From positions 704,001-768,000 of the forward strand of contig CAWJET010000001.1 in assembly GCA_963842085.1 (NCBI GenBank): a DNA stretch of 64,000 nt. The letters run 5' to 3'. Shown one piece after another: positions 38,443-47,921 of the stretch (position 1 is its first letter; the number at the start of each line of letters is the position of its first letter). Below the pieces are notes generated by a model. That model did no database searches. It was not told the DNA's origin and saw only the letters and a list, made by a program, of their open reading frames with translations. The translations under genes were made by a program, and so were the position numbers. This DNA comes from an uncultured delta proteobacterium. GTDB taxonomy: Bacteria; Desulfobacterota; Binatia; Binatales; Binataceae.

Positions 38443-39297
38443 TCAACCTTTTTTCCCAGTCACGATGAACATCACCCATGCAGCGAAGAAGCGACCCGCG
38501 TCGTTTCTTTCCTGAAGTTCAAGGAGCCAGGACCTCTTCTCGTCGGGGCTCACGATGCCTTCGTCTGCCGCATGCCCCGCGCCCAACGTAAGATCGAGCA
38601 GCCTGTCAGCAACTTGAAAGTCCTGCACCGTGATCGGAAGCGCTTCGACACGCACTTCTTGCAGGCCACGCTCCCGAAAAAGTACGGGGACCCGACGGCC
38701 AATCCATCCATTGCGAATTTTCCCGCAGACAAGATCAAGGATCTTGCGCGTAACCGCCTGGTCATTGGACTCGACGGCGACCAACCCCCAATCGCGGTCG
38801 ACAATCTGCACTGTTCCGCCCGGCTTAGTCACACGAACCATTTCCTCAAGTGCCACGCGCGGATCCGCAAGGTGTTGCAGGACTCGATCGGCTCGCGAAG
38901 CATCGAATGTGTCGCTGGAAAAACCAATGTGATGAGCTTCACAAACCACAAACTTCGGAAACGAAGAAACGTCTTTTGCCCGTCGCCGCGCCTCCGCGAT
39001 CATCTCCTCGCTGTAGTCGATACCCACTACTCGACCCCGAACTCCGACCAACCGCTTCAATTCGCATGCGTCCTGGCCAATGCCACAGCCCACTTCTAGA
39101 ACGACTGCTCCACGTTTCAGCCTCAGAGCGCGGTAGGAGCGCGCTTTCACGTCCTGGAAGTGAGCGCTCGCCATCTCCAGATACGATACCGCCGTATCCG
39201 CGTGCTCGCGCATCCAGGTTGCCCAAAAAACATCCGGACAAATTGGTGCCGGTGTGTCAGTTTCCTTTCTTTCCACAAGTCCGCCTGCTGACCCCAT
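38443..39297 (-). CDS. SAM-dependent methyltransferase (UbiE-like)
   Basis: LEVGCGIG, DRVLQHL, RVTKPGG, WIGRR. Confidence 0.88.
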   Translation of the reverse strand: MGSAGGLVERKETDTPAPICPDVFWATWMREHADTAVSYLEMASAHFQDVKARSYRALRLKRGAVVLEVGCGIGQDACELKRLVGVRGRVVGIDYSEEMIAEARRRAKDVSSFPKFVVCEAHHIGFSSDTFDASRADRVLQHLADPRVALEEMVRVTKPGGTVQIVDRDWGLVAVESNDQAVTRKILDLVCGKIRNGWIGRRVPVLFRERGLQEVRVEALPITVQDFQVADRLLDLTLGAGHAADEGIVSPDEKRSWLLELQERNDAGRFFAAWVMFIVTGKKG

Positions 39298-39444
39298 CGA
39301 GTCCTACGAACTTAGTCGGCGAGCGAGCCGTGTAGCCGTTTCGACGACGCGACTGCCCGCACCTGGTCTTATGGGAGTGAGCCAACCCGATTCCCATCCG
39401 TAAATGACCGACGCTGCATTCCTCGTCAATCTGATCGAAGTCAT

Positions 39445-40002
39445 TTACTTCTGCGATGGATTCTCCAATTGCGGCCTGTTCCTCTGAGCCGCCCAGGCCA
39501 ATGCGAACGTTAATGCAAGTTTCGTCGTCCTTGTGAATACATCGACAGCCTCAAGGTAAGCTTCTTCGGGCACAAATTCGTCGGTGTCGCTTATCTTCAT
39601 AAGAATCTCGCGCGTCTCTACATTGGTAAGTGTCAGCGAGTTGAAGATGTGCTTCTCGGAAAGATGGATGAAGCCCGAGGTCTCCTTGTACACGGGATCA
39701 ATCCACGGTTCATGCGCGGAGAGGAGTTGTTTAAGATATGAGTCCGTGAGGCGCTTCCCGGAACGATCTTTCATCTGATCGATTCTCGTACCACCCAACA
39801 CCTGAATGGCGAAATCGTGCGGCTGGTCCACAAGCGTGGAAGCGAAGAAGCGGAGACAGTTGTCGAGTTGAAGCCGCACCAGCGGCGCGGCTGCGATCAG
39901 GTTCTTCTCGCGAACAAGGGTTAAAAACCCGGACGTCAAACGAAGCGACCGATTCAGGACGGCGAAGGCCAGAAAGTCGAGCGGGTAGATGACCTTTTGC
40001 AT
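39445..40002 (-). CDS. Hypothetical helical protein (DUF5677/HEPN-like), possibly frameshifted at the 5' end
   Basis: LVRLQLDN, YKETSGFIH; frame open 25 codons further upstream. Confidence 0.55.
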   Translation of the reverse strand: MQKVIYPLDFLAFAVLNRSLRLTSGFLTLVREKNLIAAAPLVRLQLDNCLRFFASTLVDQPHDFAIQVLGGTRIDQMKDRSGKRLTDSYLKQLLSAHEPWIDPVYKETSGFIHLSEKHIFNSLTLTNVETREILMKISDTDEFVPEEAYLEAVDVFTRTTKLALTFALAWAAQRNRPQLENPSQK

Positions 40003-40104
40003 AATCTCTTTTCCGGTCTGGGCGTGATCGTCTTTGAGAACTTCCAGATTGTGAATGGCCTCAGCGAGTGTATCCTTTTAGCATCCCAGCGTTTCGCGAA
40101 GTCC

Positions 40105-41220
40105 TCAACGGCTTTGTGAGCGACCCCCGAGTCCCTGACCATAGCTCATCAAACTGCGGCCCCGATCCAACTCGGATGTCTGCCAGTTCTCCAAAGAGTC
40201 TGACAGCGTGTGCCTCTCCACAAGTTCTCTACTCAACGCAAAGGCATTCGCGATCCCTTTCGAGGTGCTCGAGGCCGTGTGGGGACGGATGACGAAGGAG
40301 GCATCCCCAGCCAGGATCGTCCGGTCAAACGCCAGCCGTGGACACGCGAGGTCCATAATCGCCTGCACAAAGGGCTCCTTTGTTGCCCTCAGCAGCGCTT
40401 TGAAAGCGGGCGGCAGAACCGATTCTGCGATGCTGCGCTGCTTGTGTTCCTGCTCGGGATGGAGTGCTCCGGGTGGAATGGCGTATGCCCGGCGGATCCC
40501 TTGGGCGTCAGTCAGCAAAGGTACTAACTCTTTTTCCGACGTGTTCCAGTACCAAACCCAATTGAGCCGCCGCCGCCCAGCTTCGGTGTTCCCCGATTCA
40601 CTCGGAATCAGATAGCAGAGGATGTGGCTGTCCGGCATTTGGAAGAATGTGAAATGATTGGCGAACACCTTCAAAATGTCTTCCGGAAGGTCAGCTTCAG
40701 GAACAACTCCGCGCCACGCAACATAGCCGGCATACTTGGGCTGAATCTCCGGCAAGAGTAACGCACGAACACCGGATCTGAAGCCGTCCGCACCAATTAA
40801 GAGATCGGCTGAGTCGTGAGTTCCGCCTTTGAAATACGAGGTGACTGACGATTCACCTTGCTCAAGATTCTGAAACTCATGGCCGAGATGATAGTTCTGC
40901 TCCGGGAAACTCTTCTTAAACCACGAGTAAAGGAGTCCCCAGGAGGTCATGAGTTGAGGCATCCGCTGAGATGAGACCACGGAGCCGTCTGCCGCCAGAT
41001 AGTGTCTGGTCGCCAGTCTGACGCCAACATCGCCGTCAGACTTCGCCCCGCAGAGACCAAGCATTTCAAGGGTCTCCGGTTGCATCACGATACCGGCGCC
41101 GCGATCGGAGAGTGTCTGCGAACTCCGTTCGAAGATGTTCACCTCCCAACCGATTCGACGGAGCAATATCCCTGCAGCCAGACCCGTGAGCGAGCCGCCA
41201 ATGACTGTCGCGCGCTTCAT
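40105..41220 (-). CDS. FAD-dependent monooxygenase (2,6-dihydroxypyridine hydroxylase-like)
   Basis: IGGSLTG, GAGIV, GADG, YAGYVAWRG, NWVWY, GDASFVIRPH. Confidence 0.88.
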   Translation of the reverse strand: MKRATVIGGSLTGLAAGILLRRIGWEVNIFERSSQTLSDRGAGIVMQPETLEMLGLCGAKSDGDVGVRLATRHYLAADGSVVSSQRMPQLMTSWGLLYSWFKKSFPEQNYHLGHEFQNLEQGESSVTSYFKGGTHDSADLLIGADGFRSGVRALLLPEIQPKYAGYVAWRGVVPEADLPEDILKVFANHFTFFQMPDSHILCYLIPSESGNTEAGRRRLNWVWYWNTSEKELVPLLTDAQGIRRAYAIPPGALHPEQEHKQRSIAESVLPPAFKALLRATKEPFVQAIMDLACPRLAFDRTILAGDASFVIRPHTASSTSKGIANAFALSRELVERHTLSDSLENWQTSELDRGRSLMSYGQGLGGRSQSR

Positions 41221-41233
41221 TCAATTCTGTCCG

Positions 41234-41941
41234 TCAAACTGCGCAGACGCCGTTTTCACAGTGACCGGTGGCACCCAGACCCCGCAGTATTGAGTCCGCG
41301 AGCAGCTTTTCTTTCTGAGCACCGTTGGCAACGACTTCCCCTTGAAACGAGATTTGAGGAACCCCCCGAATGCCGGCAGATGCGGCCATACGCTCCCCTG
41401 TTTTCACTTCGCTGACGAGCGCTGGGCTATCCAGATCTTCCACGCGCGAGATCGCAGTGACGCCGAACTCACGGGCTATGCCGAGCAGAGTGGCCGGATC
41501 ACCTACGTCTTCGCCGTTTAGGAAGTAGGCTTGGAAGAGCCGTTCTGCGTCTAGATTTTGTTTATGCACGCCGTCTTTCAAGGCCGCGGCGAGCAACACA
41601 TGCCCCCTGAAGGTGTTCGGTGTACGCTTCATCAGGTCATGGCGAAATCTGATTCCGACCTCCGCTCCCGCGGCGGACACCTGTGCATCGAGGCGTTGCG
41701 ACTGTTCCCAACTCCCGAACTTTGCTGAGCGGTACAATCGCCGGTCGAGGCCCTCGACAGGCATCTCGGGGTTGAGTTGGAACGGATGCCAACGGACCTC
41801 GAGCGTTTTGCCCAAGATAGACGACGCTCTCTCCAGACGACGCTTCGCCACGAAGCACCATGGACAAATCAAATCCGAAGTCACGTCGACGACCAGGCCG
41901 TCCGCGGGCGGCGCAATTCTATCTGTAAGATTCTCAGTCAT
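41234..41941 (-). CDS. DsbA/FrnE family oxidoreductase
   Basis: SDLICPWC, PFQLNP, GVP, C-terminal CENGVC. Confidence 0.9.
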   Translation of the reverse strand: MTENLTDRIAPPADGLVVDVTSDLICPWCFVAKRRLERASSILGKTLEVRWHPFQLNPEMPVEGLDRRLYRSAKFGSWEQSQRLDAQVSAAGAEVGIRFRHDLMKRTPNTFRGHVLLAAALKDGVHKQNLDAERLFQAYFLNGEDVGDPATLLGIAREFGVTAISRVEDLDSPALVSEVKTGERMAASAGIRGVPQISFQGEVVANGAQKEKLLADSILRGLGATGHCENGVCAV

Positions 41942-41980
41942 ATCTGAAGCTCCTACCTTCCCGGGTCAATCTAGCGACTA

Positions 41981-42016
41981 GGTAACCATTTGACTAGTAG
42001 GTACCGTTTGGTTACC
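41981..42016. promoter_or_regulatory. Candidate HxlR-type operator
   Basis: GGTAACCA (41981) ... TGGTTACC (42009) inverted repeat between divergent genes. Confidence 0.5.
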
Positions 42017-42024
42017 ATAGAGCA

Positions 42025-42393
42025 GTGAAAAAGGCGCCCGAATCAATCGATTCCGAACCCCTTTACGACCCGCAGTACCCAGCGCGACAGGTATTACGAG
42101 TCATTGCCGACACCTGGACGCCAATAGTTTTGTTCTGTCTCAAGCGGGGAACCCGACGTTTCAACGAACTCCAACGTTCCATCCCCGACATTTCCAGGAA
42201 GATGCTGACCCAAACCCTGCGAAAACTGGAACGCCGCGGACTTCTTGATCGCCTTGTTCACCCGGTAGTGCCTCCACACGTCGACTACACGCTGACACCA
42301 GTGGGCACGAAGTTCGCGGAGGCCGTAGCACTCATCTGCGAATGGGCGCAGAGAAATAAAGGCATTTTGAAACGAGTTAATTTCAATGATTGA
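42025..42393 (+). CDS. HxlR family regulator
   Basis: RRFNEL, ISRKMLTQTLRKLE, VPPHVDYTLT. Confidence 0.92.
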   Translation: MKKAPESIDSEPLYDPQYPARQVLRVIADTWTPIVLFCLKRGTRRFNELQRSIPDISRKMLTQTLRKLERRGLLDRLVHPVVPPHVDYTLTPVGTKFAEAVALICEWAQRNKGILKRVNFND

Positions 42394-42537
42394 GATAGAG
42401 GTTTAGAAACTTCAATTCGCAGGCTGAGCGCCAGGGCTCAGTGCGGAAACCGTATGAGGGTGGCGGCGTTTTACGCTCGGAGTCGAAGCGATGATTGAAG
42501 ATCGCAGTCCGTTGAAACACTCCGTTCACAAAGTGTG

Positions 42538-42629
42538 TGTGCCAAATCGGCACATAGCACACTTTCGGAAGGCGCAAAGATGACGCGAATCCTACAGTTC
42601 GTCGGATTTTTGTCTGGCATCCAACTTGC
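42538..42629 (+). promoter_or_regulatory. Candidate sigma54 promoter plus enhancer upstream of xis-int
   Basis: TGTGCCAAATCGGCACA (42538-42554) and TGGCATCCAACTTGC (42615-42629, GG-N10-GC). Confidence 0.6.
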
Positions 42630-42700
42630 GGTAGTGTTTTCCGCCAATTTCAGAACCTCTTCGACGGTAAAAACATAACCGAGCAACCCAGCAGGCGATC

Positions 42701-43003
42701 ATGAGCAGGCAAGCAGCAGAAGTTGGACTGCCAGAGAGCGAATATCTGACTGTCCCTGAGATCGCGAAAATTCTTCGACGCAATCGAAAGACCGTGTATG
42801 GCTGGATCGAATCTGGTGGGATTGGGGAAGTGGACGGTCTTTTCGTCGTGCAAGGACGTTACTTGATCCACTGGCCGACATTCCGATCCAGGCAGTTCAA
42901 ACCCCGCGTGAAACTGCGCGGTCAACTGCCGGAATACTCGGAGGAATCGCAAAATGGCATGGCTGGAAACGGACAGACACGGCCGCCTGAGAATCGGCTT
43001 TAA
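42701..43003 (+). CDS. Excisionase-like HTH protein
   Basis: YLTVPEIAKILRRNRKTVYGWIESG; overlaps the integrase start. Confidence 0.8.
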   Translation: MSRQAAEVGLPESEYLTVPEIAKILRRNRKTVYGWIESGGIGEVDGLFVVQGRYLIHWPTFRSRQFKPRVKLRGQLPEYSEESQNGMAGNGQTRPPENRL

Positions 43004-44222
43004 GTATTACGACGGCCTCAAATGTCGCGAGCCGCTCGGGGTGTCGGCAAACAAGCAGACCATCGCCGAGGCCAGGCGGCTTTGCGCGACGATACAGCTT
43101 GAGCTCAAGGCGAGAACTTTCGATTATGCCAAGCGATTTCCGGACAGCGACCGGATAAAGCAGCGCGGGATCGAGACGCCAGAGAAAATCCAACCGATCA
43201 GCGTCACTGAGCTCGCCGACAGTTGGCTGCTCAGCAAGCAAGGCGAGGTGAAGAAATCGACCCACGGCTACTACAAAGAAGTCGCGGGGATCTTCATTCA
43301 GCGCGACGCAATCGGGACGAAAACGGTCTCGGAATTACGTCAGGAAGACATCGATCGCTGGCGCGTACGGGTCGACGAGAAACAAACCAAGGGCAACGAA
43401 CCGCTGAGCACGCGGCGGAAGAACATGGCGTGGGATGTCCTGAATCAAATCCTGGAGTTCGCTCGCGTCCGGAAACTGCTCAACGAAGACCTCCTGCTCG
43501 GGATGAAGCCATTTAAGGATTCCGGCCAAGCAAACGACGACGATTCCGAACTCTCGGACGAGCCGGAAGATGCCGAAGTGATGCCGTATAACGCGGATCA
43601 GATTGAAGCGATCATCGCGGCGGCGGAGGGCTGGGAACGCGCTCTTGTAACGCTCTATTTCTTTACCGGAATCCGACGCGGCGAAGCGCTCGCTCTGACT
43701 TGGGACAGGGTCTACCTCGATCGTGACCGGGCACTGATCAACCGCAGCCTCAGCGTCCGATATGGCATCACGACGCCGAAGACGAAGAGCAGCCGGCGCA
43801 TGATCCAGTACGGTCCAAGGGTTCGCGCAGAGCTGTCGAAGCAAAGGGAAAGAGTCCAGCTACGCAGCAAGTACGTCTTCCCCAATGAGAGCGGCGCTGC
43901 GCCCAATGTACGCTGGGCGACTGACGTGGTCTGGCGCCGAATTCTCACGCGAGCTGAAGTTCCGCACAGACCAATCGGGCAGTGCCGTCACAGCTTCGCG
44001 GTCCTCGCGCTGAAGCAGCACAAACCGCTCAACTGGATTCAACGGCAGATGGGTCACCGCACGCTGCAAATGTTGTTGAAACATTACTGGCGCTGGATAC
44101 CGACCGACGATCTTTCTGCGGAAGAAATGTCTTCGTTGGAGAGCGCAGCGGCGCCGTTGGCCTCAAATCATGCCCACCCTGTGCCCACCCGGCCCGAAAC
44201 CGGGACCGAAGCGGGCTCGTAA
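42954..44222 (+). CDS. int: Tyrosine integrase with Arm DNA-binding domain
   Basis: FDYAKRFP arm domain; TGIRRGE, KT, CRHSFA, MGH, HY catalytic motifs. Confidence 0.93.
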   Translation: MAWLETDRHGRLRIGFKYYDGLKCREPLGVSANKQTIAEARRLCATIQLELKARTFDYAKRFPDSDRIKQRGIETPEKIQPISVTELADSWLLSKQGEVKKSTHGYYKEVAGIFIQRDAIGTKTVSELRQEDIDRWRVRVDEKQTKGNEPLSTRRKNMAWDVLNQILEFARVRKLLNEDLLLGMKPFKDSGQANDDDSELSDEPEDAEVMPYNADQIEAIIAAAEGWERALVTLYFFTGIRRGEALALTWDRVYLDRDRALINRSLSVRYGITTPKTKSSRRMIQYGPRVRAELSKQRERVQLRSKYVFPNESGAAPNVRWATDVVWRRILTRAEVPHRPIGQCRHSFAVLALKQHKPLNWIQRQMGHRTLQMLLKHYWRWIPTDDLSAEEMSSLESAAAPLASNHAHPVPTRPETGTEAGS

Positions 44223-44232
44223 AACAATGATT
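44171..44232. promoter_or_regulatory. Candidate att arm sites plus IHF-like site
   Basis: TGCCCACCC twice (44171, 44182); AATCATTGTTTTA on the minus strand at 44220-44232, close to WATCAANNNNTTR. Confidence 0.45.
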
Positions 44233-44257
44233 CAGATCGGGAAAAACCCAATAAAAC

Positions 44258-44349
<92 letters not shown>

Positions 44350-44657
44350 GCTCAATAAAATCAAGTATCTATGCGGTATTCGCCTTAGGAGCAACCTCCC
44401 AAAGTGTCCCGGATTTTTCGAGCCGGTCGTCAGACTCATCGCCAACCTGTCCACCGAATCAGTCTCCACGTTCTTGAACTGGTACCATCTCGCTGGCCTG
44501 AACTGTTCGACGAATTCGGTTACGCGCTGGGCTAACGGAGTTTCGTCGCGGACCTTGCTTGACGTCGCGAATCGCATGGTGCTTTGCTCCTATCGAGGAA
44601 GAGGAGATCTGCATCGCCGCTCATCTGCAGTAGTCTGCTGAGCGAGAGAAAGGCGTC

Positions 44658-45458
44658 ATGGAACCAATCGCATACGTCGCGCGCCTGAACGAGTTCTATC
44701 GAAGTCAGGGATTTCCTGTGTACCAGTGGACGATCAATGAAAGCGCGCCGCTCACTCCGCTGAAAAAGTCGTTGGCTGGTTGCCGGGTGGCGATGCTCAC
44801 GTCGGGCGGAGTCTCGCGCAAGGATACGCCACCGTTCAATCCCCAGGCGCGCAACGATTTGAGACTCGACGCCGTCGACAAGGAAACCTCGCCCCAGTTC
44901 TTCGCCATCAACGACGACTACTACAATCACCGCGACGCGGACCGGGACATCAACTGCATTTTCCCGATCGAGCGACTCCGCGAGTTGCAATCCGAGGGCT
45001 TGATCGGTGAAGTCGGGCCGCATCATTACAGCGGCTTTATGGGGCGCATCTACACCCGCAGTGCGGTGGTGAACGAGGCCGCGCCGGCGCTGGCGCGGCG
45101 GCTGCGGGATGAGAGAATCGACGCGTTCGTCCTGGTGCCCGCTTGACCGCTCGATCACCAGACCGTTGGTCTGGTAGCGAGGGTGGTAGAGGAAGCAGGC
45201 ATCCCGACCGTTGTAGTCTCGACCGGCCGCGATCTGAGCGCCCAGGTTAGACCGCCGCGCACGGTTTTCGTCAATTTCCCGATGGGAAATCCGTTCGGCA
45301 AACCATTCGATAAAGGTCAGCAGCGCAAGATTCTGCTCGACGCGCTGCACGCACTTGAATCGGTGAAGACCGGCGGCGGAATTATTGATCTCCCATATGA
45401 GTGGGGCAAGGAATTCGCAATGAACCTGGGTTCCGGCTATCGCGCGAAGAGCGCGTAG
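44658..45458 (+). CDS. PrdB/GrdB-family selenoprotein (266 aa; Sec at TGA 45144-45146)
   Basis: VAMLTSGG, DINCIFP, FMG, VLVPA-U-PLDHQTVGLVAR..EEAGIPTV; two track ORFs join in frame; hairpin after the TGA. Confidence 0.88.
45157..45175 (+). promoter_or_regulatory. SECIS-like hairpin
   Basis: ACCAGACC-GTT-GGTCTGGT after a 10-nt spacer from the UGA. Confidence 0.75.
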
Positions 45459-45466
45459 GAGTTTTT

Positions 45467-45871
45467 GTGACGGTGAAGCTCAAGAAGACGCTCAGGCAAA
45501 TGCTGGCGGAAGCAAATGCGGAGATAGAGACGGTTAGTGCCGCGGACGCGATCAAGCTCAAAGGTGATTCGGACCTGGTATTCGTGGACATCCGGGATAT
45601 CCGCGAGCTTGAACGCGACGGCCGGATTCCAGGCGCGTTTCACGCACCGCGCGGGATGCTCGAATTCTGGGTCGATCCCGAGAGTCCGTACCACAAGGAG
45701 ATCTTCGCCTCGGGCAAAAAATTCATCTTCTTCTGAGCGGGCGGAGGCAGATCTGCGCTGGCAGCGCAGACCCTTCAGCGCATGGGACTCGCACCGGTCT
45801 GTCACATGGGCGGCGGCTTTACGGCATGGAAAGCGGCTGGCGGACCGGTGGAGGGTGGAAAAGTCTCGTGA
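45467..45871 (+). CDS. Rhodanese-like selenoprotein (134 aa; Sec at TGA 45734-45736)
   Basis: FVDIRD..E..GRIPGA.HAPRGMLEFWVDP...FIFF-U-AGGGRSALAAQTLQRMG...GGFTAWK; AGGAG RBS and GTG start. Confidence 0.88.
45752..45770 (+). promoter_or_regulatory. SECIS-like hairpin
   Basis: TCTGCGCT-GGC-AGCGCAGA after a 15-nt spacer from the UGA; extendable by GGAGG/CCTTC. Confidence 0.7.
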
Positions 45872-45947
45872 TGGATAAGGGCTTCGCTTACTGTCTCTCG
45901 GGCTCGAATTCGAGAAAATACTGGTAGGTTGATTTGCGCGCCCGCTA

Positions 45948-46592
45948 TCATGCGCGGCGCGCGACGAGCGCGTAATGATATTTGAACAAGCGCTCGCCTT
46001 CGATCCGCAAACCCATACGCTCCATCCGATCACGCGCTTCGGCAGCGGTGTAAACATGATCCCTTGGAGGACCCACCGGCCGTTCGACGCCGGCGTTCCA
46101 GTCAACTACGAGCACGGTTCCGGCCGGCTTGAGCAGGGCAACCATCGCACGCAGCGCGTCATCGCCGAGCTCATGCAGGACGTTGAGCGCGAGCACGCGA
46201 TCGGCCGTTCCATTCAGCTTCTTAATTTCATCGGTATGAAGCGCTTTAAGATTTGAGAGCTTTTGTGCCGCAGGCTTCGCCCGCAACAGCTCGAGCATCT
46301 GCTGCTGTTCGTCGAGTGCAGTCACCTCCAGGTCGGGCCGCGATCGCGCGAGCTCGATCGCGTAGGTTCCGATGCCCGTGCCGAAATCCACGACACGGCT
46401 GCCGGTCGGCGCCGCCAGCATCTCGAAGATCTCATCGGGCGGCAGGTACCCGAAGCGAAATGGGTCGTCGAGCAGCGCCGCCCGGGCCGGGTCGAAGCGC
46501 TCGGGCTGACGGGCGCCATGCCGATCGTCATCGCCATGTGCGCCGTGGCGATGGCTGCCGTGATGGTGCGAGTCGTGCTGATTTTTTTCCAT
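45948..46592 (-). CDS. Class I SAM methyltransferase with His-rich N-terminus
   Basis: VDFGTGIG, NVLHEL, LKPAG, GPP; N-terminus HDSHHHGSHRHGAH. Confidence 0.85.
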   Translation of the reverse strand: MEKNQHDSHHHGSHRHGAHGDDDRHGARQPERFDPARAALLDDPFRFGYLPPDEIFEMLAAPTGSRVVDFGTGIGTYAIELARSRPDLEVTALDEQQQMLELLRAKPAAQKLSNLKALHTDEIKKLNGTADRVLALNVLHELGDDALRAMVALLKPAGTVLVVDWNAGVERPVGPPRDHVYTAAEARDRMERMGLRIEGERLFKYHYALVARRA

Positions 46593-46728
46593 GAGGAATC
46601 CCTCCATGCGGGCTGAGCGCAACTTGACGCGCGGCTTGATTTCATCGCGACTTCTCCCAACATCGGAGGCAGCACGCGTGGATGATGATTGCTGCCATCA
46701 GAATGCACCGATCGCCGCCACGCGTCGA

Positions 46729-47280
46729 TCAGATTGAGCCTCCATCTATTCGCTCAATGCGACCGCGGCGAACATGCCGCACCAGTGGCGGCGACGTTCT
46801 GCCCAGCCGTTGCAAAATTCTTGGCTCGCTAATTTTTTCGGCGCAGAAGCCGCGAACGTATTGAACCAGCGCCACGATCTGGTCGTAGCCCAACGTTCCG
46901 CCAAAGGCCGGCATTCCGGCCGGAAACCCCGCCGCCGCGGCGCCATCCTTGATAACCAGGAATATGGTCGCGTCGGACATCATCGACATCCAGCCACAAT
47001 CCGTAAAACTACGGAGATGAACTTGCAATTGCGGAGCCTCGGGGCCGTCGCCCTGACCCGAACGGCCGTGGCAGTGTGCACATTGGCTCTGGTAGAGGGT
47101 CTGCGCCGTGAGAGGATGCGCCGCATCAGGATTGAGATCGGCGGCTCTGGCGCCGGCGGTTAGGCTCAACAACGGAAGCGCCGCGACCAAGGTGCGGATG
47201 TACCCTGGTCTATGAGCTTTGGGCGGCGCTTTAGCTCGACCTGGTGCGAAGCTCAGTGTATTTGCAGCGTTCTCAGCCAC
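46729..47280 (-). CDS. Monoheme cytochrome c
   Basis: CAHCHG..G.GDGP, GMPAF; start uncertain. Confidence 0.85.
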   Translation of the reverse strand: MAENAANTLSFAPGRAKAPPKAHRPGYIRTLVAALPLLSLTAGARAADLNPDAAHPLTAQTLYQSQCAHCHGRSGQGDGPEAPQLQVHLRSFTDCGWMSMMSDATIFLVIKDGAAAAGFPAGMPAFGGTLGYDQIVALVQYVRGFCAEKISEPRILQRLGRTSPPLVRHVRRGRIERIDGGSI

Positions 47281-47921
47281 GCCACAAGATCTTCGAGTTG
47301 CTTACGATCGAGGACCCCGGAGAACGCAGGCATTGTGCGGCGACCGCGCATCACAATCTCTTGAAAGTCATTGAACCTATAGAGGATCGGCTGCTGAACG
47401 AGGTTCGGTCCTTGTTTACCGCGCGCGTCAGCTCCGTGGCATTCAGCGCAGGCGTTAGTGAAGACGCCCGCGCCGGCGCGTGCGTCTCCATGGAATCTGA
47501 CGGGGTCCGCCAGCGGCTCGACGGAATCCAACAGGGCAACGCTGGGCGATTCAGGCGCAGCCATCGGCACGGCTCCGAGCGGAAACTGGCTGGACAGATA
47601 ATCAGCCAGCGACTTTTCCTGATCGGCAGGGAGCGGTGCTCCCCAGTTCCGCATTTTTTTGACCTCTGCTTGCCACTGCTCGGGTGTCAGTCTCTGCTGG
47701 ATCATCATTCCCCGGTCATGGCAGATCTCGCAGTGATCTCGCATTTCAGCCGCTTCGGCCCGCTGCGCTGCGCTCCCGGCCGTTCCGGCCAGCACACGGG
47801 TCGAGAGCAGAAGCAACGCTGGGACTACGAGCCACATTCGCCGCGGAAGGCTCGCCCACTGGAATGAACGATGGTTCCCAGCTGCACGTTCTCGCATCGC
47901 GATTCGAATGAGCGCTGCCAT
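47253..47921 (-). CDS. Diheme cytochrome c, sulfite oxidase partner
   Basis: CEICH...QQRLT..QW...KM..WGA and CAECH...MPAF; TGATG coupling to the upstream gene. Confidence 0.85.
   Translation of the reverse strand: MAALIRIAMRERAAGNHRSFQWASLPRRMWLVVPALLLLSTRVLAGTAGSAAQRAEAAEMRDHCEICHDRGMMIQQRLTPEQWQAEVKKMRNWGAPLPADQEKSLADYLSSQFPLGAVPMAAPESPSVALLDSVEPLADPVRFHGDARAGAGVFTNACAECHGADARGKQGPNLVQQPILYRFNDFQEIVMRGRRTMPAFSGVLDRKQLEDLVAWLRTLQIH

Noticed and set aside
44350-44420. AT-rich, IHF-like sequence on the 5' side of the tRNA as a second element end
   Set aside because: Equally explained as tRNA promoter/leader; no associated integrase
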